From the NCBI RefSeq assembly GCF_009914755.1, contig NC_060938.1: a DNA stretch of 64,000 nucleotides. The stretch is one strand, 5' to 3'. The notes below the pieces were generated by a model. That model had not been told where the DNA came from, ran no database searches, and worked only from the letters and a program-made list of their open reading frames with translations. Both the position numbers and the translations under genes were made by a program. Shown piece by piece: positions 12,311 to 24,440 of this stretch (positions are counted from its first letter, which is position 1; each line of letters opens with the position of its first letter). This DNA is from the human T2T-CHM13v2.0 reference genome, Homo sapiens.

Positions 12311-14504
12311 CCTCTATCCAGTCTCCCCAAATCTTGACTTAGAACAACACAGCTAAACAAGGTAAAATATGACTAATGCTTGGGGTAAATGTTCTTTCGA
12401 AGGGATGGAGGACTTAGGAGGTCTCTCAGTAGCCATGGTTCATCCTTTTTTGCTCTGGCCACCACACTGTAGAGTCATGACAGTCCTGTGCTAGTATTAA
12501 GAAAATTACACTTTTCTCAAGGTAGCTTAGTTTACTCAAGGCACTTTGTGTGTCTTAACAGTTTCCCAACTTCTCTTATCTTCCCTAGGAAGAAAACTAA
12601 AGATGCCATCAGGGTGCTTAACTAGTCTATATTTATTGAGAGCATGCCTCAGGGGTATTTTAGACAAAATAACCTCGTAACAGTGGATTTTTCCTGAGCA
12701 GAATCTAGGTTAAGAAGCTTTGCAGGCTAGTCTGTATAGACTGATATTAACTTTTCCATTAAGTAGGGCAGACTGAATTACTGTTTCAGAATTTGATGAT
12801 GGATGAAGAAGCAATGCAAAAGTGACACCATCCTACATTTGTAGTGGTGACATTATCAATCCATTTCCTTTGTGTTGTTAAAGTAATGGGCATCCTAAAG
12901 AGACAAGAAATATTTTTTTTCTTTTATGTATGTATGTATGTTTTTTTTCTTAAGCATGTTGGCTGTGAAGAGAATCCGAAGGAAGCTGTCATCAAAACTG
13001 AGTTCTAAGCTCAGAAAAGTGACCACCGTGAACATCCCCAGAAAAGTGGTCTAGTACAGAAAACAAAGACCATGTCAACTCTATGAAGTTTCAGCTTCTG
13101 AACAACAGACAGAAAGGCACCGTTTCACTGGGGAATAAAATATGATTCCATTGTCTTAGGAATTACCAAGCGGCAGCATGTTCTATTAACATATTTTACT
13201 AATATGAAAGTTGCAACTCAAAGTTCAAAAACTATGTGTTGAACAACAGATTCCAGGGATGCGCCAGGCATCTGTCCCATTCGGTGAACAGGCCTTGGAA
13301 CAGATGTCTCGAATGTCTTCAAATCCAGACATGCTGTCCAATTTTTTTTAGTGATAAACATACTTTCTTTCCTTTTTGTCACCGCTCACCAAAGTATTAT
13401 ATTTAATGCATAAAATATGTAAATTCTTAAACCATCATTTTGCTCTTTAGTGAGTTTAGATATTACAAAACGGTTTAATTATAAAAACAGACAGACCTAG
13501 TCCTGGGACCTGTGCAGCTAGAAATAAATGTGCAATCAAAACTGCAATTACCTGCAGAATTTAGTGTAAACAGATCAGCAATCACATAACAAACACAGGC
13601 TAGTTTGCATTCTGATATGAATACAGTTAGATCCAAAGCAATTTTCCTTTATTTATCTTAGCTGCTCAGCATAAATAAAGCAAGGGCATTGAAGCAATTA
13701 GCATAATTAGAGTATCGTGGTCAGGCCCTGTGTGATTTCAAGAGACGTTTCACTTTAGAATTCTTTTTCCCACACAAGAGTTTCCCTGAGCCACTAAAAT
13801 ATCGCTTTGGGCATTTTTGTATTTCAAATTTGCAAGTTGTCAGTTTGAAAAACCCTTGACACATGGATGTGAAAGCATCTCATAGACAGCCACAGAAGGT
13901 ATACCCTCAGCTTTTCATTACTAAGAAGCAGGGGAATTTCCTTTTTCAGCTCTTTCTCCTACTTGACGTTTAACCCTAGAAATGTCAGTCTTAATTATTT
14001 CCATTGCCTTCAAACTGGGTCCAAGGGTTAAAGACAACTTGTTCCTCCCAAAAATAAATAAAAATAGGGGATGGGAGGGTGGGAAAAGGAGAGGTTATTT
14101 CATGGTGGTAGCTGAGCTGTTGCTAAAAAATCGAAGGCTCTGGCAACCAGCTTGCTACTGGTGATCAGACTTTCAGTAGCTCCAAATAATAAGGTAGAGA
14201 TCAGAGTGGGGTGAGGAACTGCACATGGTTTCCTCGCAGGATGCTCTGCAAGTATGGGAAATATTCTCTGTATGGGTAAACAGTAAGCAGTAGATGAAGA
14301 TAAAATTGGTCCGGTGAAAACACACAGAAGAAGAGGTTTTGTTTTGTTCTGTTTTGTTCTTTTATGTGTTTGAAGATGTCTGAGAAGACTATCTTTTGGT
14401 TGGAAGGTCCAAGGTCAGCCCCTTGGACCATTATATAGGTACCAGAACTCATACAGTCCAGTCAAAGGAAGTGTGGGTCTTAAAATAGGCTGTACTTTCC
14501 TTTA

Positions 14505-15260
14505 AAAATGATTTTTAAAACATACAGTAAAATTGACCCTGTCTGCAATTTTATAAATTTTAACGTGTTTAAATTAATGTAACCACCCATCGCAATCTAC
14601 ATACAGAAAAGTGCCATAATTCCAAAGACCTCCTTTGTGCCGTCACTTTGTATCACCCTTACCCCAACCCCTGATGGCCACTGATTTGTTCTCCTTCCTT
14701 ATAATTGTATCTTTATGAGAACGTCATATAAATGGAATGATACAGTATGTAAGCTTTCAAGACTGGCTTCTTTCACTCAGCGTAATGCACTTGAGACTCA
14801 TATCGGTAATTCCTTTTTATTGCTGAGTGGTATTCCTATGTACAGCTGTACCACAGTTTTTCTGTTCAACCATTGAAGGACATTTGGGTTGATTCAATAT
14901 TTTGGCACCGATGAGCAGAGTTGTTATAAATATTTGTGCACAGATTTTTGTGTGAACATAGACTTACATTTCCCTAGGGTAAATACCTAGGAGTAGGGCT
15001 TCTGCATTACGTGGTGTGTGTGTGTATATTTAACTTTCTAAGAAACTGCTTTAAGTGTTTTCCAGAGGGGCTGTACCATTTTGCGTTCCCATCAAGTGTT
15101 ATTCTGCACTGTTGTCAGCACTTAGGATTGTCAGCGTTCTGTTTTTAATCTTAGCCATTCTGATAGGTGTGTGCTGGTATCTCATCGTGACTTTAATTTG
15201 CATTTTGCAAATGGCTAGTGATCTTCTACTGTGCTTACTTGCCATTTGTGCGTCCTTTTG
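14505..15260 (-). mobile_element. Old L1M (L1MC/MD/ME-type) 3' fragment
   Basis: gtcatataaatggaatgatacagtatgta...ctggcttctttcactcagcgtaatg...gggtaaatacctaggagtaggg...ttagccattctgataggtgtg...atctcatcgtgactttaatttgcattt. Confidence 0.85.
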
Positions 15261-15729
15261 AATCAAGTCTTGTCTGCCTCAGTCTCATGCTTACTTTAAT
15301 TGGGCTGTTTGCTGCATTCAGTCTTAATTTATCTGTGCAAATGTTAGGAAATCTCAACTATGTATCCAGGTCTCAATTATCTTTGCTAATGCAGGCCCAT
15401 TCAGAAACTCAGTGGTGGCCAATATAAATTATGAGTGAAATTCAGCTCACACCAAACAATCCAGGCTAAAAGGACTAATAAAAAGGAAAATCACATTACA
15501 GTAAATCAACTCCATTACTGAGCTTCTGATCTTTCCGTCCTTTTTAAAGTTCAATTCTTTTTTAAATAAAATTCCAAGTCCAGTCTCAGTTTTTCCTTTC
15601 TTTGGTCTCTGTCGAGCTTTTGCCCCAGCTGTAGCCAACATTTACTATTAATTAGAGATTAAATATTCTTTCTTTCTGGGAAAAGGTACAACCTCTTTGG
15701 GGTTCTCTTCAGCAGCTCTGGGATGGGGC

Positions 15730-15905
15730 AGACACTATGCTGAGTGATTTACCTGAGTCACTTCACTTCATCCTGTGAGGACAGGTGTTAGCTGTATTTC
15801 CTAAATTAAAAAACCCAGAGAAACAGATGATTTGTCCAAGCTCATAGGGCTCATAAATGGCTCAACCTAGGATTTGAACCCAGACCTCCCTGACTCTGGA
15901 AGTTC
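15730..15905 (-). mobile_element. MIR SINE
   Basis: catcctgtgagg...tgatttgtccaagctcatagggct...ggatttgaacccagacct...tgactctgga. Confidence 0.6.
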
Positions 15906-16349
15906 TCTCTTTCTGTGCAGCTGCTTAGTAACCAGAAATCTAAGATGAATGAAGTGATTGCATATAAGCTGTAAGTCGCTATTATCCACAGCCCTGGGAA
16001 TAATATGTAAAAAGTAGGCGTTGTTCTCTTCCTTCCCTTTGAAAATTCCTTTCCTGTTGTGTAGTAAATGACCGCTTCCTAAAAACAGTAGTAAGATAAG
16101 GTCTCATTCTGCTTCAGGAAAGGAAGCAGTAGCCTTTCCCTGTCTAAGTTGACTCCCAAATTTTGTTGGTTCATTGTCCTAGAAAACCATGCTTACACTT
16201 TAAAGTGAGCTTTCAAAAATGATACTGAGTTATTTTAAAACTGAGATTGCACAAAGGGAGAGTTGTTTTCAAACAGAACCTCAGAAATGCTCTAAACAGC
16301 ATTCCTTAATTCTTTAACTCAAGAGTTAAAGAACTAAGCATAATAAACA

Positions 16350-17100
16350 TAACTGTAAACAGTGGAAATAATAGAAGAGAACCTTTTTATTTTCTCATGG
16401 TGGAGAAGAGCTTCTTATGAAAAGAAATTCAGGTATTATAAAAGACTGGCAGAGATGATTACTTTAGAATTTTTAACTATGTACAACAAAAGATACCGTA
16501 AATAAAATTAAAAGATAAATTGCAGACTTACAGAAAATATTACAACGTATAAGGCAAAGGATAAATAACCAAACTATATAAAGAGATCCAAAAATTCAAC
16601 AAGAAGACAAACATGCCATTAGAACATGGTCAAAAGATACGAATGGAAATGTCACCAAAGAAATAGAAATGACCAAATAATACATGAAAAGACTTTAAAT
16701 TAACAGCAGTGACAGATGCTTTTGCTTCACAGATTGGCCAAGTTCGAAAAGACTGATGGCATCAAATATTGGTGAGAATGTTGAGAAACTGACATTCCTG
16801 TTTGCTACTGATGAGAATGCATAGTTCTGATATTGAAAACAATTTGGCAAAAAGAGCAATTTCTCAGTATTATTAGAAGGGATCAAGTAATTCATTTTTA
16901 AAAAATACTACACTAAATAAATCTTAAAGTGAATCCATTGTGGCACTGCTTCTAATTGCCTCAAATTTTGAAACCATGCTCCATAGAGGAATGGTTAAAT
17001 TTATTATGAAATACCATACTATTTACAAAAAAGAAAATCACACCTGTATGTGGTGACGTGAAAAGAGATCCGAAATGTATTGTGAGAATTTTTTTAAAGT
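16350..17100 (+). mobile_element. Old L1ME-type fragment (ORF2 end/3' UTR), highly diverged
   Basis: A-rich sequence with L1 motifs tatataaagagatcc, ggtcaaaagatacgaa, tattggtgagaatgttgagaaactg, aaacaatttggca, gaatggttaaat. Confidence 0.7.
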
Positions 17101-18769
17101 TACAGAATTTACATATGTTACACATCATATATACATACACATGTATATATACATATCACATGTCATATACACATGTATATATAAATGTATATGACAAATA
17201 TTTAAATATATGACAAGTGAACAGGTATTTCCCTGATATTCTGCCCCATATATTAATGTGTTTATGCTTTAAAAAATAATACTCTTTACCTTAAAAATGT
17301 TACCAAATCTTTTTGTCATTTTATTCAGTTAACTAGACATCATGACAAGAGTATTTGTTTATTTCATTTTATTCAGTGTCATAATCTAATATATAATCTA
17401 CAGGGAGAATTTACAGCCGCCTGCTGACTATTATTGGCCAGTGTAACCAAATTAATAAGAAGACTTGCAAATTTCTGCTGTGTGTGGTACTTACTATTTC
17501 ACAGAGCAGTAAAAAAAAAAAAAAAAACTCCTTATGTCAGTACTATTTCTATGTATGAACCATGGCATGCTGAAAGTGTCAGACAAAGCAACAGCTAGAG
17601 AAGTGGTTAACACTAACTCCAGAATGGGCCTGATTTGTATACTCTCTTGGATCCCATCCTGAAAATGATAAAACTGTGTATTTCTTTACATTGGGAGTCA
17701 GGATTTGTTGGCCAAATCCCTTTAATGACATAGTTGCTAGGAGCTGGATACTATAGAAACACGTGAGGAAGTCAGGAGTGTGACTACAATATGGTTTTCA
17801 GTGGACAAGTATTTTCAAGTCATAGAAATGGCTTCTTACCTGTCATTTTCCATTTGAGAAGTCCACAATAGTATGTAGTGAGAAAGTGTCTGCTACCTCC
17901 TATATATGTATAGTTGGAATCTTTTGTGAATTTCTTCTTCATACAACCTCCATGCGTGGTTATTTAATCGCATTTTTTCTATGAACCTCGTACATCTTAT
18001 TTCTCTCTGAAAATAAATAGAAAGGGGTCTGAAGTTTCCACCGTGACCACACAGCGTGCACTCTGATGAGACTTTGGAGTTTCCTGGAATGTCAGCTCTG
18101 TAACACACTCTAAGCAGTGACTCTTGGGGCACAGTGGAATGGGGGAATCCCTGCTATGATCACTCACAGTGGGAATGGACTGCCTCGGCTCTTGAGAAGT
18201 CCTCTTTCCAGGACGTGTGCTGTGTCTGCTTTAAAGCCACAGGACATAATGCTCATCATAAGAGGAACATATTAGCAAGGAGCAGTAGCAATAGAACTTG
18301 CTATTTTTCTCAGAGGATTCAATGAAAGATTTTGAAAAGAACTAAAAGTCAAAGCAAAATGTTTCTCTGACTTTATAGAGAGATGCTGTTTGAGCCTTTA
18401 TCATAGAACAAGCAAAACCAAGCGTAGTATTTACTCAAATTCTATAATAAAAGTATATATACTGTCATAAAAAATATCACTTACACCTTTACTAAAAGAA
18501 ATCTGGATGGGGACCTCACAGTAATTTTGAAATATCCCTTTTCACTATCATTCTAGGGCAGTACCCTTAGGCATATGACTTTCTAAATAGGCGCAAAATG
18601 TATTTGACTAGACTAGTATGAAGTTTAGTATAAGAAACAGTAAAATGGACACTTGAGTAGGACTGCTGTTAGAAGAGGCCCAGAGCAGATGCAAATGTGG
18701 CAAACCTTTTGGTTGAGTAACTTCTACAACAGTCTATAGAGTAGAATCATGTAGAGTATGCCTTTTTAA

Positions 18770-18905
18770 ATTGTGTATCTATAAACTGTAGGTTTCAAGA
18801 GAACACCGACTATCTGCCTAGTTCATCATCTTCAGAGCCTAGTACCTGGGTTAGTTCCCAACACATAGTAGTGGCCCAATAAATACCTAATGAATTAATC
18901 AATTA
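18770..18905 (+). mobile_element. L2 LINE 3' terminus
   Basis: cagagcctagtac...cacatagtagtggcccaataaatacctaatgaattaat. Confidence 0.55.
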
Positions 18906-21900
18906 ACATGTTCATCAGAACATTAGTAGAATGCATCTCTGGATTATGGATGATTTTTTTATATTTCTATTTTTGCTTATTTGTATTTTCTGAATGTTGT
19001 TAATGAAGACGAATTACTCTTAAAATTTCTTAAGCCATTTTGCCATTATTGAAAGGTCTTTGGAACCTACTTGAACTTTTATACTTATTAGTTTTGTTAG
19101 TAAATATTTTATTCACAAAAATCTGCTTGTGCAGACATACAGTTTGAGCCTATTTTTCTATCAGCATTGATGGATTTAAACTGACCCAGCCACGCTCTCT
19201 GCCCTATCCCTCTGTGACTGAGAGTGCTATATATGTTTAGAGGCCACTGGTTAGCATCAGGAATACTCTCTTTGGCCATAGAACAGAGTAAAACCGCTGG
19301 AGAGAGGCCTCTGGCTCCTGACTTTGGCCTCGTATGCAAGTTCTCTAAACAGCTGAGCTAACCCCTACTAGTGCTAATAAGAGTTTGTAATTAGACCTGA
19401 GGTGAACAGAACTAAGCGTTCACCTCCAGCTCCCTACCGTTCCACAGCAATAATCAAACCTGAAGACATAGAGAGAGCTGTTTGATTCATAAATATGTAA
19501 AGTGGATAGAATGATACATCTCTGTTGAGGTTATGATATGAAATTCTTATTTGTAATTTTTTAAATCTTCAATGATAGATACAACAAAACTACAATTATT
19601 ATTTGTTAAAAACCATAGTTTAAAATGTTATTTTAAAAGATTTTTATTTTCTATATGGAATAGGGTAATAATCATAAACAGTAGAAGAATAGAGTCATAA
19701 TTTATGACTGTGCAGAGTGCTAGATTGTATTTTTTCCCAATGAAATGCAGAGATAGAAAAATATTATCATGATTTGTGTTATAACACTGGAGTCAGAACT
19801 AATACGAAGAAGTGTTTCCTCAACTTGATGCATGGGCTTTAGCTATGCAGTTCCCATCAGCACTAATGGGAGATTCAAGGCTAAACCACCAAGGATAAAA
19901 GCTAGACTATAATGCAAGATTTGGAGATGTTGCCCATTTGAGAACTGGTTTTCATTGTTATTTTATGTGCTTTTTTATGCTTTGGAGGTTCCTGCTGTTA
20001 TGCTTTTAAAATTCTACTTTCAGATATGGTAAAAAGATAACCTTTCATAATAAATAGAAGATGTAGCCAAGTTTTTCTATGTTTACCAATAAAATTATAT
20101 AACGGATTACAATTCCAACTAAAACATAGGTCCAAAGGTTTGACTAAGATATTGCTCAAATACCTTAGTCAAATTTTCTAGACATTTGAATTTTCTAGAC
20201 ATTTCACACAATGTCTAGAAAATTCAGTTACCCATCTCTTTGAAAAAGAAATTGGTGTATGTTTTCCTGACAGTCTATTCAATTACTGGTCTACTTTTTT
20301 CCTGAAATATTTTCATACTTCAGCAGTACAGCTATGTTACGAAAAAACAACAAAATCCCTAGAAGTTAATATATCTGACAGGAATGGTAAGTCAATATGA
20401 TGGTGTATATCTTCCCCCTCCATGTAGACAATGTTCCTGGAAGGAAAATTTAATCTTCTGTGGCTAAAATAAATGAACATTTTTGTCTTCTGCTTAAGAT
20501 CAATAAATGAGTAGATTTTGCCTACATTAATACTTCTGCTCTATTTTAATTGTTGTGTATTTAACTGATGGCAGCTTCCCTAATTTAGGGCACATTAGAA
20601 TGTGCCAACCAATTCACTTTTGAGGATTAAAATGAAACAAATCAGTGTTTCACTTTGATATGCTCAAACAGAAAAAATCTCCTAGGGTGGATTATTGTTA
20701 ATGGTAAAGTGGTAAGTGGAGGTTTCAACACAGGCATAAACTTTTAATTGGCCAGTTGTTTGAAAATATGGCTAGTTCATAGATTAATGGACGTTAATCA
20801 GAATTGTAGTTTCTTTATATTCAAACCAAAGCCTCTTAATATTAAATATACCAGTGAGATCATCAACCTTATTTTAAATGATCACACTGCGAGAGCCATC
20901 GTGAGTGGTGATAATGATGCTAAATGAGCAAGGTAGTTGAGAAAAATAAGCATACAGAATCATTCTCTAACTTCTCAATTATACCCAACCCCTAGAGCTC
21001 CACTGTGAAACCACTGGTGCTGGGAGAGTAGGGACCCATTTGACATTGGACGGGAAGAGCTGTGAGCTCGTGAGTCACTCCAGACACCCATGCCAAGGAG
21101 AGTGCTCTTTTGAGAGGCAAGCCACTGCAGAGAAGAGGGGAGCCTGGGGGCTTAAGGGCCTTATGGAGCACAGAGCACTGCTCGCCTTGACGATCTGAGC
21201 TAGCATCTGGAGTCTCAAGCTGGTCACCTTGCCTCAGCCAGGTGGTTCATGTAGCTTTTAATTATCAACAGAGCTTTAGTCTTCCCTGCCCATAAGCTAA
21301 GCATCGGGTTGTGGTGGCATAGACCATAAACCTGTGCAGACCACTTTACATTGGAACACGAATTAATGAATATATGAGTCCCTTTTGTGTTATTTTGGCC
21401 AACCAAAAAGAAACTCTTATTGTTATGTATGTAGGTACTGTCATGGGTGTTAACTGGTTGTCCTTATCCCATTCAGCCCCACTTTAAGGACCCTAGATAG
21501 TAGACCCATACAAGGCTTGTAGCTCAAAGGTCCTAAAGGACCCAATGGTTACTGGCCACTCCCACACAATAATACCAGAAAACTAATAATGCTAAACCAA
21601 AAGAACCTTGAGAAGTTCCCTCTGCTCAGAAGTATATGGCTAGAGTCAGACCTTCTTCTCCCTGCTCTGTTGTGCTGTTAGCACAGCAGCACTGAAACCA
21701 AAACATAATAAAACTCCGATATCCCTGCATTCAGCAGTTTACAACTCTCTTTGGAACAGAAGAGTAAAGTAATTCCTTAAGCAGTTTGTCTCTTACAGTA
21801 GTCAGTCTTGGACAGCTGTCAACAGAAAAACCCCAAGTTATCTAATATTAAAATCTGCTGTTGCAAAAAGACTTGTCACCTAAACCTTGGCATTAGGACT

Positions 21901-24388
21901 TATGAGAATTATTATTATTAATATTAGATAGCACTGACAAGTATTTGGAAAAGATAGGGTAACCTAGGAGAGTGGCATCCCGTTTCTCCTCAATACTGCC
22001 TTTGAATTTACTTACATAAAGGCTTGATTAAAATGAAAAGTTTTTGTTTTTCGGTAAGTTGAGAAAGCAGTTCCCCTGTAATGCAACCTTAAGACAGCAC
22101 AAGTACTCATAATAATTGTAAGACCCTACACTTTTTTCTTGAAAATCTCATCAAACCTTACCCACCCCCAACATTCTATAATTTACAAATCTGTCATAGA
22201 GTCACATAAGATGATAGGATTTCTGTGACAAAGCATTTGTGATTTTATCTTTATTTTATTTGCTTTTGAGTTGTTTACTGTTTTCCTTATGCAGGCAACC
22301 TCTCAAGCATCATCTAGCTGACTCTTATTCTTTGTGTATCCTGCGGAGGGAGGGGGAATCAATGAAGCTCGTTGACTCTCAGGGGGAGAGGTGAGTGAGG
22401 GAGAAGAAGATTGTGTAGGGGAAGGAAACGTTTCCTGTCTCAACATTGCGGTGTGCATGGGCTGAGCCAGATGGAAACAGAGATGCCAACCTTGCTGCTC
22501 TGCTGGGTCTACTTTTCACTGAAGGAAGAGTATGGCTGGAGGCATAGCTAGGGAAGTGGAGGGCAGGGGTTCAGGGCAGGATTTTTTCAATCACCACTGA
22601 AATTGGAGAGATATGAACATGAACTCTTAAGAGGGAGGTGATGTGGTCTCCAAGAAGGCAATTAAGTAGACAAGAAGTGTGGGAATTAGGGATCAAAACT
22701 GTACGGCAAACAGGTTGAGTGGTCTTAGACAAGTTACATTTAACCTCAGTGTCTCATTTTCTGTATACCAAGCAGAGGTAGTGTTAGAATTAATTAATTT
22801 CGCAGGGTGCCTTGGGATCCACTGACGAAAGACTGGAGCAGTATAGAAGGAAGTTTCATGTTGCTGTTACGGTACTAGAAAAAGAAAAGACTCTCCATTT
22901 ACTTTCTGCCCATCCCCAAGCCCCACGTCCCACAAAAAGAAGTGAAAGTAATGTGTTGGCTTCATCACCCAAGTATCCATGCACACTTTTCTTTCAAACC
23001 TTGCTTTGAAAACCAATGGCATGTTTCTATTGTTAACATTCTCTGTGGGCCTGAGCTTTCAATAATTTTATTCTAACCCTACAGTTAGTTCTTAATATTA
23101 TGCAGGCTAATAAGGTCACTGTTTGGGGGGTTTGTCTTTGTTTGGTTGCTTGTTTTTTAGGATATTCTTCTATCATAACACTTGTGTACTAATTCCCCTA
23201 AACTTCTTTAAATTTCCTCAAACTTGACCTTTGAACAGAGAAAGTCTGCTGTTTCTGAGGCTGACCACGAATGCATCCTCACTCTGCCTTCACCTCTCTT
23301 TATGGTTGCTTTCTCTTTTTTGGCAGAACAGAAATTTCCAAGTTTTGTGTGTTTGCTTACAAATAAACGACTCAGCTGTGTCCGCATCCTTTGTGTCAAT
23401 GTGAACATTCCCTTGTTCTATGTTTAGCTTGAATAATTACCAAACTGTTTGTAATGAGAATGTGAGGATGTGACCTCACAGCAATTTTTTCATTTCCTTT
23501 CTCTGTATTTAATACATTTCAGAAACTGAAAATACCAAATCTCTGTGCTTTTTTTTCTGATGCTTATCAGTAATGGAAACATTGCAAAACAATCAGCCCA
23601 ATACCTATGCTTTGTTCATTTATTGCCTTCTCTGAAGATAAATGGACTGTACTCAACTCTCTTCAGCATTTTTCTTCACCTAGATATTATTGCCTTGTGC
23701 AGCCACCCCAAGGTGACTGTTATCACTTAATTAAATCCTTGCACGCTGGGAAGAAAAAACAACATTGTTCCTTCATAACCCCAAGGAGCCTATTTTTAAG
23801 CCACTAAGCCTTTTCCCTGTTTTATTAACTTATTCCTGGCTACAACAAGACATACTTTTGTTGATGAGCAAAAGGTTGTATTAGCTTTTTATTTTCTGGG
23901 TAAACTTATCTATTCTCTGGGAATAGGGAAAAAAAGAATGGGCATGACAAGAGAAGGGGGAAAAATGGGGTCTCTTCAACCTCCCTCGTTCTAGTAAAGG
24001 TCTCTGTAAACACTGAGCTGGAAACTAGAAGCAGGGGATTCAGGGAAGGGAACGAGAAAATAAAATGTAAACATAAAATGGGAACAAGACTAAAAGTAAA
24101 ATGATGAGACTGTCTATTGGGGAAAACGTGACAGGTAGCGGACACCACTTTCAAGCTAAAGAAACCAGGCGTGGAAGTTGCATTTTTTGAAGAGGGATTA
24201 TCTCCTGACACCTCTTTTTGTTGCTGGCTTGGACTAGCATCTTTTTATTAATCTCTTGTTTAATGCGTTTTCCCCCCCAAGTCAGGATTTCTTCTTTACT
24301 TTATGGTATTAGGCATCCATGATCAACCAGTTCTATACCCAGTTATGTTTCAAGGAATGAAAGAACTATTGTTGGGGTATGTTTAGAG

Positions 24389-24390
<2 letters not shown>

Positions 24391-24424
<34 letters not shown>

Positions 24425-24440
24425 ATGCACACACACACAT
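24391..24440. repeat. (GT)16-GCATGC-(AC)n compound microsatellite
   Basis: Read directly from the sequence. Confidence 0.95.
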
